DNA from: Opitutia bacterium
GTDB lineage: Bacteria > Verrucomicrobiota > Verrucomicrobiia > Opitutales > Opitutaceae
NCBI GenBank assembly: GCA_947478395.1
Contig: CANJVR010000003.1
Coordinates: forward strand, 32,001 to 96,000
Length of the DNA stretch: 64,000 nucleotides
Reading direction: 5' to 3'
Position 1 is the stretch's first letter; each line of letters begins with the position of its first letter. The translations under genes and the position numbers were made by a program. Shown piece by piece: positions 1-10,018 of this stretch. The notes under the pieces were generated by a model that was not told where the DNA came from, searched no databases, and saw only the letters and a program-made list of their open reading frames with translations.

Positions 1-798
1 TTCACGCTACCGGTTTCGAAACTCGCAACGTGGCGCGAGCGCGAGCCCGCGAAACTGCGCGTCGATCCGCTGCTCCAGACAATTTTCCTCCGCCTCAACA
101 CCACGAAGCCCCCGCTCAACGATCCGCGCGTACGCCGCGCGCTTTCGCTGGCGATCGACCGCGACACGCTGGCCCGCACCGTGCTCGCGGGCAGTCGGGC
201 TCCCGCCCACAGCTTCACCCCGCCCTCGACCGGCAGCTACACCGCCCGGGTTCATCTCGGCACCGATTTTGACGCCGCGCGAAAACTCCTCGCGGAGGCC
301 GGCCATCCGGGCGGCAAGGATTTGCCCGCGCTCGAAATCCAGACACTCAACAACGACCTCCACAGCAAACTCGCTGAGGCCCTCCAAGCGATCTGGCGGC
401 GCGAACTCGGCGTGCGTGTAACCGTCGCGCCGACCGAACAGCGGACGTGGATCTCAAACCAACAGACGCTCAACTACGCGATCTCGACCGCGTCGTGGAC
501 CGCGGACTTCCCGGACCCGATCACGTTTCTCGGACTCTTCCCGACCGGCGGCACCTACAACTGGACCGGCTGGAGCAATCCGACGTACGACAACTTGCTC
601 GATTCCGCCGCACTGGCGACCGATGCGGCGAAGCGCGCGGAGATCTTTCAACAAGCGGAAGCACTGCTGCTCACCGACGCGCCCGTCGCGCCGATTTTTT
701 TTGGCGCGCAAATTTATCTCATCGATCCGGCCGTTAAAAACTGGGCGCCGGCGCCGCTGGTGTTTCACCGTTATCAGCTCACGCATCTCGGAAACTGA
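1..798 (+). CDS. ABC peptide transporter substrate-binding protein (OppA family), 5'-truncated by window edge
   Basis: Frame open from base 1 (…RLNTTKPPLNDPRVRRALSLAIDR…); C-terminal WTADFPDPITFL, NWTGWSNPTYD and AEALLLTDAPVAPIF are typical of SBP family 5. Confidence 0.9.
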   Translation, partial: FTLPVSKLATWREREPAKLRVDPLLQTIFLRLNTTKPPLNDPRVRRALSLAIDRDTLARTVLAGSRAPAHSFTPPSTGSYTARVHLGTDFDAARKLLAEAGHPGGKDLPALEIQTLNNDLHSKLAEALQAIWRRELGVRVTVAPTEQRTWISNQQTLNYAISTASWTADFPDPITFLGLFPTGGTYNWTGWSNPTYDNLLDSAALATDAAKRAEIFQQAEALLLTDAPVAPIFFGAQIYLIDPAVKNWAPAPLVFHRYQLTHLGN

Positions 799-804
799 TT
801 TTAT

Positions 805-872
805 GGTGGGAGCGCGGCCGCCCTCGGCCGCATCCGGATTTTCCTGTGGCCCGAGGCGGCCGCGCTTCCATC
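805..872. repeat. REP-like palindrome, family A (GGGAGCGCGGCCGCC…GGCGGCCGCGCTTCC), intergenic copy
   Basis: Inverted arms visible; related copies at 2337, 15565, 52935 and a half copy at 58288. Confidence 0.85.
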
Positions 873-917
873 GAACATTCCTTGTCGCGCCACCCTCGCC
901 CGTCCAACGTCGCCGTC

Positions 918-1385
918 ATGCGTTTCGTTGTCGTCCTGCTTTCCCTCGTGTTCGCCAGCGCCACGTTGCGCGCGGCCGAGATCGAATTCGTGCGCGTCTG
1001 GCCTTCATGGCGCGCCGCGGAGTCGTTTGATCGCATCTCCGAATATTTCACGGAAAAGGAAAACACGGCGGGACGCACCCTGCTCCGCACTCAAGCGACG
1101 TCCCGGGCTGGTTATTATTTTCTCGTGCGGATCAAAGCTCCCGGCACCGCCCCCGCCGGCGCGAAATTCGTGTTGAACCTTATCACGCCGACCGACCCCG
1201 CGGGAAAAACTTACACGTTCCCGTTGAGCGTGGCCGTCGGTGGCGTCTTCGAACTCGGTCTGACCGGGACCGACTGGCCCAATCAAAAAACTCATCCCGT
1301 CGCGTGGAAACTGGAGCTCCTCGCGGCGGACGGACACGCTCTCGCCAGCGCGCAAAGTTTTCTATGGGCGATGCCCAGACCTTGA
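918..1385 (+). CDS. Hypothetical secreted protein
   Basis: ATG at 918, signal peptide MRFVVVLLSLVFASATLRA; stop overlaps the TTG of the next gene. Confidence 0.75.
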   Translation: MRFVVVLLSLVFASATLRAAEIEFVRVWPSWRAAESFDRISEYFTEKENTAGRTLLRTQATSRAGYYFLVRIKAPGTAPAGAKFVLNLITPTDPAGKTYTFPLSVAVGGVFELGLTGTDWPNQKTHPVAWKLELLAADGHALASAQSFLWAMPRP

Positions 1386-2320
1386 ACGCGCCGATCCCGG
1401 AGAGCCCGCGGCCCTTGGGCCAATCGTGGCATCCGCTTGAGGGTATCGGTTCACTCGACGAGCGCGTCCTCGCCGAGACCCTCGATGGTGGTCAGGCGTT
1501 TCGCTGGCGACGTGCAGCCGACGGCACATGGCGCGGGATTTGGGGCGAACACGTCGCGCATTTGCGACGCGCCTCCGATGGTTCGCTGGCCTGGTCCGGG
1601 CCGCGCGCAGAAACCGGCGCCGCTTTTATTCATTATTTCAGCAGCAACGAAATGAATGCGCCCGCCGACTCTCTGCCGTGGCGCAGCGATGCGCACTTGG
1701 CCCGCTGCCTCGCGGCGTTTCCGGGTCTTAAAATCTTACGCCAGCCGTTCGGTGAGACCCTGCTCGGTTTTTTGTGCAGCGCCACGAAGCAGATCGTACA
1801 GATCAAACAAATGGTCGCGCTGCTCGCGGAGCGTCACGGAAAACCCGTAGCGGAACGCATCCGCGTTTCGGGCGAAAGTCTCACGACTTCGGCTACGATG
1901 ATTTATCGTCTGCCAACCTGGCCGGAGCTCGCGGCAGTGCCGGAAACGGAATTGCGCGCCTGCCTGCTCGGCTTTCGTGCGCGCTACATTCACCAGACGG
2001 CGCAGTTCATCGCGGCGCACCCGGGATGGCTCGAAGAAACGGAGACGTTACCTTACGCCGAAGCGAAAGCCCGGCTCTGCTCGCTGCCCGGCGTGGGCGA
2101 AAAAGTCGCGGACTGCGTGTTGCTCTTTGGCGCGGGGAAAATGGAAGCCTTTCCCGTCGATGTCTGGATTTTGAAAGCCATGGCCGAGCGTTACGCGCTG
2201 CATGGTTGGAAGCCCGCGCAAGTCGCGCATTTCGGCCGGATGCACTTCGGTCCGCTCGCCGGCCTGGCGCAGCAATATCTCTTCGCGTGGGAGCGGGCGG
2301 AAGCGCGGGCGGTGAAATAG
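1382..2320 (+). CDS. 8-oxoguanine DNA glycosylase (OGG1-like, HhH-GPD family)
   Basis: TLDGGQAFRW N-domain, LRQPFGETLLGFLCS, HhH motif LPGVGEKVADCVLLF, FPVDVW; TTG start inferred from stop/start overlap. Confidence 0.9.
   Translation: MNAPIPESPRPLGQSWHPLEGIGSLDERVLAETLDGGQAFRWRRAADGTWRGIWGEHVAHLRRASDGSLAWSGPRAETGAAFIHYFSSNEMNAPADSLPWRSDAHLARCLAAFPGLKILRQPFGETLLGFLCSATKQIVQIKQMVALLAERHGKPVAERIRVSGESLTTSATMIYRLPTWPELAAVPETELRACLLGFRARYIHQTAQFIAAHPGWLEETETLPYAEAKARLCSLPGVGEKVADCVLLFGAGKMEAFPVDVWILKAMAERYALHGWKPAQVAHFGRMHFGPLAGLAQQYLFAWERAEARAVK
1846..1897. repeat. GTAG-capped palindrome inserted in frame in the OGG1-like gene
   Basis: CGTAGCGGAA…TTTCG-GG-CGAAA…TTCGGCTACG; terminal arms match 9/10; encodes VAERIRVSGESLTTSAT. 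Confidence 0.7.
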
Positions 2321-2336
2321 TCGACGATTCAGACCC

Positions 2337-2397
2337 GAGAGCGCGGCCGTTCTTAGCGGCCTCCCCCGATTCGGCCGAGGGCGAGCGCCCTCCCACC
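2337..2397. repeat. REP-like family A, degenerate intergenic copy
   Basis: GAGAGCGCGGCCG…CGGCCGAGGGCGAGCGCCCTCCCACC. Confidence 0.65.
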
Positions 2398-2476
2398 AAC
2401 ACCTCCGATACCGAGGGACCGTTCGGCAAAAACGAACTGGCCATCGCCAAGCCGCGGGCCTCTGCTCGATTCCAAT

Positions 2477-4045
2477 ATGCCCCTTCCCCTGCGCTTCCCC
2501 AGCGTGCTGGCCGGCCTCGGCCTAGCGCTCGTCCTGAGTTCTTCTTTAGTCGCCGCCGAGGAAAAGCCCGCCACCCCCGCCATTGCTCCTGCCCTCGCGG
2601 CTGCCAGCGGCGACAGCGCCGTGGAAAACTCCGTCGTGAAAATTTTCACGACCATGCGCTACCCCGATCTCGGCAAACCTTGGACGAAACAAGCCCCGCG
2701 CGAAGCCACCGGTTCTGGCGTCGTCATCGAGGGCAAACGCATTCTCACCAATGCTCACCTCGCCCTCTACGCGAGCCAAGTGCAGGTGCAGGCCAACCAA
2801 TCCGGCGACAAGCTTTCCGCGACCGTTGAATTCGTCGCTGCCGGCATCGACCTCGCGGTGCTCAAACTCGACGACGAATCGTTTTTCGACACCCACAAAG
2901 CCCTCCCGCGCGCCGCCAAATTGCCCGCCATCAAGGACGCGATTCTTGTCTATGGTTTTCCGACGGGCGGCACCAGTCTCTCCATCACGAAGGGTATCGT
3001 TTCCCGCGTCGAATTCACGTCCTACAATTATCCGACCTCCGGCCTCCGCGTGCAGATCGATGCGGCGATCAATCCAGGCAACAGCGGCGGACCCGCGCTC
3101 GTCGCCGATCAGATGGTCGGCCTAGCGTTTTCCCGCCTCGGCGGCGGCGATAACATCGGCTACATCATCCCGGCCGAGGAAATCGAAATCTTCCTGCGCG
3201 ATATCGCCGATGGCCGCTACGACGGCAAACCCGCGATGTTCGACGAACTCCAGACCCTCGAGAATCCCGCGCTCCGCGCCTTTCTCAAACTCGATAAAAC
3301 CGCCGAGGGCATGGTCGTCCACGAGCCGGCCGGCGCCGACGCCAACTATCTGCTCAAAGAGTGGGACCTCATCACCAAAATCGGAACCACCCCGATTGAC
3401 GTGCAAGGCATGATCAACGCCGGCGACAATCTACGCGTTCGCTTCAACTACCTCATCCAAAAGATCGCGGTCGACGGCAAGGTGCCGCTCACCGTGGTCC
3501 GCGCCGGACGCGAGTTAAAACTCGATCTCCCGCTGATCACCACGCCGGCTCAGGTCATCGCCGATCTCCAAGGCGCCTATCCCGCCTACTTCGTGTGCGG
3601 CCCGCTCGTTTTTTCGCCCGCGACCGCGCAGCTCGTCAGCAGCTTTGGCGGCAACAGCAACGTCCTCGCCGTGCTGAGCGCGGTCGGCAGCCCGCTGGTG
3701 ACCCGCCGAAGCGACCATCCGGAATTTCCGGGCGAAGAACTGGTGGTCGTTTCATCACCGCTTTTCCCGCACAAGCTCGCGAAAGGTTACTCCAACCCCG
3801 TCGCGCAGGTGGTAAAGGCGATCAACCACACCCCCGTGAAAAACCTGAAGCATCTCGTTGAAATATTACGGGATTCAAAGGACGAGTTTCTCACCTTCAC
3901 CTTCGACCAGCGCGGGGCCGAGACCCTGGTGTTCCCCCGGCAGGCAATGATCGCGGCGACCGAGGAAATCCTCACCGACAACGGCGTCCGCAGCCAAGCT
4001 TCGCCGGAACTCCTCGCCGTTTGGAACGCGAAGCCAACACCGTAA
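2477..4045 (+). CDS. HtrA/Deg-family trypsin-like serine protease with PDZ domains
   Basis: Signal peptide; ILTNAH, DLAVL and DAAINPGNSGGP catalytic-triad motifs. Confidence 0.92.
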   Translation: MPLPLRFPSVLAGLGLALVLSSSLVAAEEKPATPAIAPALAAASGDSAVENSVVKIFTTMRYPDLGKPWTKQAPREATGSGVVIEGKRILTNAHLALYASQVQVQANQSGDKLSATVEFVAAGIDLAVLKLDDESFFDTHKALPRAAKLPAIKDAILVYGFPTGGTSLSITKGIVSRVEFTSYNYPTSGLRVQIDAAINPGNSGGPALVADQMVGLAFSRLGGGDNIGYIIPAEEIEIFLRDIADGRYDGKPAMFDELQTLENPALRAFLKLDKTAEGMVVHEPAGADANYLLKEWDLITKIGTTPIDVQGMINAGDNLRVRFNYLIQKIAVDGKVPLTVVRAGRELKLDLPLITTPAQVIADLQGAYPAYFVCGPLVFSPATAQLVSSFGGNSNVLAVLSAVGSPLVTRRSDHPEFPGEELVVVSSPLFPHKLAKGYSNPVAQVVKAINHTPVKNLKHLVEILRDSKDEFLTFTFDQRGAETLVFPRQAMIAATEEILTDNGVRSQASPELLAVWNAKPTP

Positions 4046-4270
4046 CGGAACCCCGGGCAGCGCGTGATTCGACGCCACGCCGCACGGGCCATTCGTGGAT
4101 CTGAGGCGCGTAATCGGGTTCACCTTCCGGGCCATATTTCACGCGGGCCTTCAAATTGAAACCCAGGCCTTTCGCGAACGTGGTGCCGCTATGATTTACT
4201 CTCGCCGCGCAGCAATCATTACGCCGGGAAGTTATTGCGCTAGGGCTAAGCCTGACGAAAATTTTCTTAA

Positions 4271-4331
4271 GTAGTGCGGGGCTTCAGCCCCCGTCGAACG
4301 TTCCCAGAACGCGGGCTGAAGCCTCGCGCTC
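4271..4331. repeat. REP-like family C (GTAG…CTTCAGCCC / GGGCTGAAGCCTCGCGC)
   Basis: Inverted arms; related copies at 13265, 33435 and a half copy at 23055. Confidence 0.75.
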
Positions 4332-4346
4332 CCTACAGCCCCCATC

Positions 4347-6587
4347 ATGAAACTTATCCTCCGCTTACCCCGCCTTCGTTCGATCACGTGCATTGGGCTC
4401 ACGCTCGTCGCCACCGTCATCGGTACCACTCACGCTTCGGCCGATCCGTTGCGCGCCGATCTTTCGGCTTACACCGCGGCGAGCGGACTCACGGCCACCG
4501 TCGAAGGGGATCAGCTCACCGTGGTTTGGGCAGATGGGGCGCAGGGTGAGCTCCGGGCTCGCTATGCGATCGACCACGCGCAGCCGGTCATTCGCGAGTT
4601 AGCGGTGCGAAAGGCGGGCGGTAGTTGGGCGGCTCTCGGGCGCGATCTAACGGCGGAGTTCACGGTCAAGACCGGCCACCGCCGCATCGATTTCGTCGGA
4701 CTCAATAATTTCGGGAAAGCCGGTCAGGATATCACGTCGCGCGCGGTAAAAGATCGCGAAGCCTGGTTTTCTTTCTGGGACGCGCCATTCGTGATCCCAG
4801 GTGAGATGACCCGCAATCCCGACCTTCCGCGCCTGCCCACGGAAATCGAAGTCGCCAAGGCCACATTCAACACCGCGTCCTGCACGGTGAAAACCGACGG
4901 CGCACGCCTTGAGGTCGAATTTCCCGGACTGACGATGGGAATTTTCACGGGCGGGATTCGCTTTACCCATTACCGCGGCGCCGGCCTTTATCGCGTGGAA
5001 GCCATCGCGAAAACCGAGCGCGATCTCGTCGCCTACAAATACGACCTCGGGCTCAAGGGCCTCACGACCGCCATGACGCCGCAGGTTCGGTGGCTCGACA
5101 CGGGTGGCAACAATCAGCGCTATCAATTCGGCGGTGTCGTGCACGGCGGTCCGGTGACCGTCCGCGCGAAAAACCGCGTGATGATCGCCGAAGGCCCGGC
5201 GGGCTCGATCGCGGTGTTTCCGCCGCCAACCGTGTTTTTCCCGGCGCGCGAGGTGGACACTAATCTCGGCTACGTGTGGTACCGCAAGGATGCCGAGGGC
5301 CTCTACACGATGGGCGTCAAGCAGGCGGATCACGAGGATGTCCCGAAGTATCTGCAGAACTTCGCCCTCTACAATGCGCCCCCCGGCACGCTCCAGCGAA
5401 TGGCCACGTATTTTTATCTCAGCGCAAATGATGCCGCGGCCACGCGCGCATCCGTGATGGCCTACACCCACAACGACACGTTTGCCCCGATCGCCGGCTA
5501 CAAAACCATGGTGAATCATTTCCACCTGGAGTTCACGGACCACCTGCGCGCGTCCGGCTCGCTCGACACCGAGACGCCCGATCTGGCCGCGATGCGCGCG
5601 CTCGGGATCAACATCATTGGCCTGAGCGATTTTCACGCCGACAAGCTGAAGTTGAACGACTCAGGACCCGGCGGACGATTCGCCGATCAAAAGGACTACT
5701 ACGAAGGCGCGCGCCGGGCATCGGACAAGGACTTCCTCATCACGCCGTGGGAGGAGCCGAGCATCGCGTTCGGCGGCCACTACAATATCCTGTATCCACG
5801 GCCGCTGTTCTACTCCAAGGTTCGCACGCCGGGCCAAGCGTTCCTGGAACAGGATCCCACGTATGGGAAAGTGTACCACACGAGCACCGCGGAGGAAGTG
5901 CAGCAGCTGCTCGAAGCCGAAAACGCCTATTGGTACACGGCGCATCCGCGCACCAAGAGCTCGGCGGGCTATCCGGATTTCTACTGGGATAAGTTCTACG
6001 CGAAGAACGATCATTTCCTGGGCATCGCCTTCAAGCCCGGCATGGGCATGGACCTTTCCGATACGCGACTCGCCGACTGGCGCACCTTCGACGCGATCGA
6101 CACGATGAACAACCTCAACGCCGACACGAACCTGCGTCCGAAGGTTTTAATCGCCGACGTCGACACGTACCAGAAATGGCCGCACGACGACCTGTTTCCC
6201 GGCATCCCCGTCAACTATCTGAAGATGGACCGCGTGCCCGGACCGGACGAGGACTGGGGTTCGATCATGAAGGCACTGAGCGAGGGCAATTTCTTCGGCA
6301 CGACCGGTGAAGTGTACATTCGCAACTACGCGGTGCAGGGCACGGGGAACAAGCGCACGATTTCGGCCGACGTCGATTACACGTTTCCGCTGGAGTTCGT
6401 CGAAGTGGTCTGGGGCGACGGGAAAAAGATTGAGCGTCAGATTATTCGGGCCACCGAGCTGACGCCGATGGGCACAAAGCATTTTTCGATTCCCTTCGAT
6501 GCGACGGGGAAAAAATGGGTGCGATTCGCGGTCTGGGATTCTGCGGTCAACGGCGCCTTCGTGCAGCCGATCTGGCTGCACCGCTGA
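4347..6587 (+). CDS. Large secreted hypothetical protein with probable C-terminal PHP-like metallohydrolase domain
   Basis: Signal peptide; His/Asp motifs NHFH, SDFH, GGHY, AHPRTK; strong codon bias. Confidence 0.7.
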   Translation: MKLILRLPRLRSITCIGLTLVATVIGTTHASADPLRADLSAYTAASGLTATVEGDQLTVVWADGAQGELRARYAIDHAQPVIRELAVRKAGGSWAALGRDLTAEFTVKTGHRRIDFVGLNNFGKAGQDITSRAVKDREAWFSFWDAPFVIPGEMTRNPDLPRLPTEIEVAKATFNTASCTVKTDGARLEVEFPGLTMGIFTGGIRFTHYRGAGLYRVEAIAKTERDLVAYKYDLGLKGLTTAMTPQVRWLDTGGNNQRYQFGGVVHGGPVTVRAKNRVMIAEGPAGSIAVFPPPTVFFPAREVDTNLGYVWYRKDAEGLYTMGVKQADHEDVPKYLQNFALYNAPPGTLQRMATYFYLSANDAAATRASVMAYTHNDTFAPIAGYKTMVNHFHLEFTDHLRASGSLDTETPDLAAMRALGINIIGLSDFHADKLKLNDSGPGGRFADQKDYYEGARRASDKDFLITPWEEPSIAFGGHYNILYPRPLFYSKVRTPGQAFLEQDPTYGKVYHTSTAEEVQQLLEAENAYWYTAHPRTKSSAGYPDFYWDKFYAKNDHFLGIAFKPGMGMDLSDTRLADWRTFDAIDTMNNLNADTNLRPKVLIADVDTYQKWPHDDLFPGIPVNYLKMDRVPGPDEDWGSIMKALSEGNFFGTTGEVYIRNYAVQGTGNKRTISADVDYTFPLEFVEVVWGDGKKIERQIIRATELTPMGTKHFSIPFDATGKKWVRFAVWDSAVNGAFVQPIWLHR

Positions 6588-6600
6588 GCCGGGGAGATAA

Positions 6601-6697
6601 GGTAGGGCGCGTTATCCCTAACGCGCCGGTTAGACGTTGCCCACGATGATACGTAGTCGGAGCCAAACGTGGCGGGTTAAGGATAACCCGCCCTACC
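6601..6697. repeat. REP-like family B (GGTAGGGCGSGTTATCCCTAAC…GTTARGGATAACSCGCCCTACC), intergenic copy
   Basis: Two inverted REP units; near-identical arms at 14844 and 37997, degenerate at 19545 and 24768. Confidence 0.9.
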
Positions 6698-6706
6698 TTC
6701 GACCCA

Positions 6707-7636
6707 TCACTCCCTGACCAGCTTCTTCACCGAACTACCGCGCGTTTCGGCCACATACACCGCGCCGGCCGAATCCACCGCCAGCATGTGCGGACCCGTC
6801 AGGCCCGCAAAATGTCCGATCACTTTTTGGTCCTTGAGATCGATCACGTTCAGATCGTCGATCCCCGCCGTGCCGTCCGTCACGTAGAGCAAATCGTGAT
6901 TCGTGATGAAAAGTCCGAAAGGCGTGCCCACGTTCGCGATCACCTCGAGGTACTTGCCGTCCTGATCGAAAATTTCGATCCGTTTATTGGCACGGTCGGC
7001 CACCAGCACACGGCCCTTCGAATCGATTACGATGGCGTGCGGCACGTCCAGCTGGCCTGGTCCCGAGCCTTTCGATCCCCAGAACTTGATCAGTTTTCCA
7101 TCGGCAGAAAATTTCACGATGCGTGTATTGGTGCTCTCGCCATCCGAGACAAAGACGTCGCCGTTCTTGGCAAACGCCACGTCGCTCGGGCCGTTCAACG
7201 CGTCGGTCGAAGAATTGTCTCCCGCGACGCCTTTCTGGCCGAACGCGAGTAACAAAATCCCGTCCGGGGAAAACTTGAGCACCTGATGCAAACCGCGGTC
7301 GGTGACCCACACGTTATCCTGGCGATCAATTCTCAAACCGTGCGCATTGGGAAAACTCCCGTCGCCCCAAGACCGCAATAATTTTCCCGACGCCGCAAAA
7401 GCCATGACCTTGGCCGGCGCGCCGCGCTGCAGCACGTAGATGGTGCCCTTCGAATCGATATCGACCCCTGTCATCGCGGCCCACTTCGCCCCAGCAGGAA
7501 GCTGCGCCCAATTTTCAGCCACGCGATAGGTGATATCCGCCGCACGAACAGTTCCAGCATAGCCGACAAAGGCCGCGACCACGGTGAGGAGCCGGATCGC
7601 GGCACGGCGCGACAAAAATGAGCAAAGTCGTTCCAA
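6707..7636 (-). CDS. NHL-repeat beta-propeller protein (peptidyl-alpha-hydroxyglycine lyase-like)
   Basis: Repeated NHL motifs: PNAHGLRID, GPSDVAF, VPHAIVID…VADRANKRI. Confidence 0.85.
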   Translation of the reverse strand: MERLCSFLSRRAAIRLLTVVAAFVGYAGTVRAADITYRVAENWAQLPAGAKWAAMTGVDIDSKGTIYVLQRGAPAKVMAFAASGKLLRSWGDGSFPNAHGLRIDRQDNVWVTDRGLHQVLKFSPDGILLLAFGQKGVAGDNSSTDALNGPSDVAFAKNGDVFVSDGESTNTRIVKFSADGKLIKFWGSKGSGPGQLDVPHAIVIDSKGRVLVADRANKRIEIFDQDGKYLEVIANVGTPFGLFITNHDLLYVTDGTAGIDDLNVIDLKDQKVIGHFAGLTGPHMLAVDSAGAVYVAETRGSSVKKLVRE

Positions 7637-7666
7637 GGGATTTACAATGCGCGACTCAGTTCGAGA

Positions 7667-8236
7667 TCACGGCGCCGCCGGCTTCGCGCTGGGCTTGATG
7701 TCCAGCTTCATCAACGACGGGTTCGTGCCTTCAAACTCGAGATTGAGTCGTCCATCGGTTTCCAGCGCCGTATCCTTCAAAGCGCCGGGTTTGACGGTAA
7801 CCGTAAACGTTTTCACCGCGTTTTGTCCGCGAGCCACGCGTACCTCCGGCACCACGGGCTGATGATTCTCGGCCTTCACGCTCGTGACTGATTCCGTCTC
7901 GGCGCCGCCGAGCGTCACGGCAACGTCGTACGTGCCCGGGGGCAGCACCACGTCGAAGCGAAAATATTTGGGCGCCGTCACGCCGCGCGCAGAGCCGGTC
8001 AGCGCGGGTGAGTCGACAAAACCAAAACCGTCGGCGGCCTGAAAAAACGCCGGCGGCCGAATGATTGGGCGGTCTCCATTCGGGCTGCCCTCGAAGGCAA
8101 AATGGAGCGTCGTCGCGCCATCCGGAAAAAACACGCCGGCAAAGGCGGCGGCAGAAACCAAAAGCGCGCCCGCCGCGAGCACCGCGCGCTTGGCTCGGGC
8201 CAGTTTGAGTGATGTATCGGTACGGAAATTGTTCAT
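7667..8236 (-). CDS. Secreted beta-sandwich protein resembling the N-terminal domain of rhamnogalacturonan-processing enzymes
   Basis: Signal peptide; GFGF, FRFDVVLPPGTYDVAVTLG, DGRLNLEF. Confidence 0.6.
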   Translation of the reverse strand: MNNFRTDTSLKLARAKRAVLAAGALLVSAAAFAGVFFPDGATTLHFAFEGSPNGDRPIIRPPAFFQAADGFGFVDSPALTGSARGVTAPKYFRFDVVLPPGTYDVAVTLGGAETESVTSVKAENHQPVVPEVRVARGQNAVKTFTVTVKPGALKDTALETDGRLNLEFEGTNPSLMKLDIKPSAKPAAP

Positions 8237-8248
8237 GGCGGGGTCTCC

Positions 8249-10018
8249 TCAGTAATGCGTGTGGTTCGAGATCGAATGCGCGCGGTAAACCGGATCGGTT
8301 TTTTCCGCGCTCGGATTTGGTTTCGCGTCCTTAAATCCATACACGCGGACCATGCCGTTGCGGCCGACGGTGATCGCCTGGTCGTTGCCCGTGCCCATGA
8401 AATCGAACATGTGAAAAACTTCATCCGGGAAAGCGATCGTCCCGGTGCCGTCCGACTCGATGCGGAAACGCTGCCAGAACAGGACATTCTTTCCATCGCC
8501 CTTGAAATCGCCCTTCGCGAAATTCGGATTTCCGGGGATGGGATTGTTGGGCCAGATGTCGATGCGGTTCCCTTTCGGATCGTACCAACGGAGCAGAGCG
8601 CCAAGTCCGCCGACATAAAAACGCGAGCTGGCGACCACGACCTGGCCGGGAATATCGGCGCGGTAATTTCCACCCTCGATCTTCTGGTTGTGATTGGCGA
8701 AGCGCTGCCAGAGGAGCTTGCCGGTGGTCGCGTCGTACATCGTCGTGCCGACGTCGGATTGGCCGGCGATGAGTTCGAGTTTGCCGTCGCCGTTGAGGTC
8801 GATGAACCGCGCCGAATCGACGTGGTCGTGGTTGTCGGGGAAAAGACCGTAGTTGTTCCAAACCTCCTTGCCGTGCGCATCGAGCATCACGTGCGAAACG
8901 TAGACCTCGTCGATCCCGTCGCCGTTGATATCGACCGGATAAATATAGTGGCCGTGATAATCCTTCAGTCGCGGATGGCTATAGGACCAGAGCAGATTGA
9001 GCGTCGGACCGTAAGCGTTGACGGAGACCGTGCCGCCGGAATCGGTGTAAACGATCAGGCTGTCGGGATACCCGGGATGCAGCTTGGCGATCGCCGTGCG
9101 GAAATTGTTATAAACGTGCGGCAGTGGCTGCGTCGGCCATTCGACCTTGTGCTTGATGTCGCCGGTCGCGCCATCGGCCATCGTGATGTATTCTTTCCCA
9201 TCGATCATGCGCCAGGCGATCACCTCGGCTTTACCGTCGTGATCGAAATCCCAGACAACTCCCGGCGCTTCGAACTGCGTGCGCTCGGGACTACCCGCGA
9301 GCGGCGCCTCCGCGTGCCACAATTCCTTCCCGCTGTTATCGAACGCGTACGTCGAATAATTGGGGGTCAAGACAACGAGATCGGTTTTCCCATCACCGTT
9401 GAGGTCGCCAAATTTAACGCCCTCGATTGCGACCGGCAGCGGGTACTCTTTGAGCAGGACGATGTCCTCGGGATATTCCAACGGGGCCAGATCGGATTCC
9501 TTGAGGTCCGCTTTTCTCGAGAGCAGTACGACGTCGAACGCACAGCCGGGATGAATATCCGTAAGCGTTACCTTCAGCGGACCGGCCGGAAGCGTGAAGC
9601 TGCCGCCCGATTGAAATGCGCCCGCCGGCGCGTCGCCGAAAACGACCGAACTCAACTTATCGCCGACCGATACCTTGAACGAACTACCGTCGGTCAGACT
9701 GCGCGAGCGAACATAGAGGTACCAGTTGCCCGCCTGTGGGAGATTGGCTTTCGCACCGAACGGCGTGGGCGCGAGGAGATTGATGGCGAAGTTCTCGAAC
9801 GTGTACGTCGGCAGCGGCCGCGCGGGCGTCGTCGCGGCTGCACCGCGCCGACCGCCACCGCCACCCGGACGGCCATTGGCGGCGGTGTCGCCGTCGGGAA
9901 GCTCGCCGAGGAACTGCGTGGCATCGAGCACCACGATCCCTGCGCGCACCGGCGCGACAGCGCGGGCAATGGCGGGGACAGAAACAGCTAACACCAGTGC
10001 GATCAAATGGGACTTCAT
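8249..10018 (-). CDS. Secreted FG-GAP/DxDGDG-repeat protein, rhamnogalacturonan lyase (PL11)-like
   Basis: Signal peptide; GDLNGDGKTD, DFDHDGKAE, DINGDGIDE, DLNGDGKLE repeats; HDHVD; ends NHTHY. Confidence 0.7.
   Translation of the reverse strand: MKSHLIALVLAVSVPAIARAVAPVRAGIVVLDATQFLGELPDGDTAANGRPGGGGGRRGAAATTPARPLPTYTFENFAINLLAPTPFGAKANLPQAGNWYLYVRSRSLTDGSSFKVSVGDKLSSVVFGDAPAGAFQSGGSFTLPAGPLKVTLTDIHPGCAFDVVLLSRKADLKESDLAPLEYPEDIVLLKEYPLPVAIEGVKFGDLNGDGKTDLVVLTPNYSTYAFDNSGKELWHAEAPLAGSPERTQFEAPGVVWDFDHDGKAEVIAWRMIDGKEYITMADGATGDIKHKVEWPTQPLPHVYNNFRTAIAKLHPGYPDSLIVYTDSGGTVSVNAYGPTLNLLWSYSHPRLKDYHGHYIYPVDINGDGIDEVYVSHVMLDAHGKEVWNNYGLFPDNHDHVDSARFIDLNGDGKLELIAGQSDVGTTMYDATTGKLLWQRFANHNQKIEGGNYRADIPGQVVVASSRFYVGGLGALLRWYDPKGNRIDIWPNNPIPGNPNFAKGDFKGDGKNVLFWQRFRIESDGTGTIAFPDEVFHMFDFMGTGNDQAITVGRNGMVRVYGFKDAKPNPSAEKTDPVYRAHSISNHTHY

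Noticed and set aside
8255..9991. 578-aa ORF antisense to the PL11-like gene
   Set aside because: Mirror-frame artefact in GC-rich coding DNA
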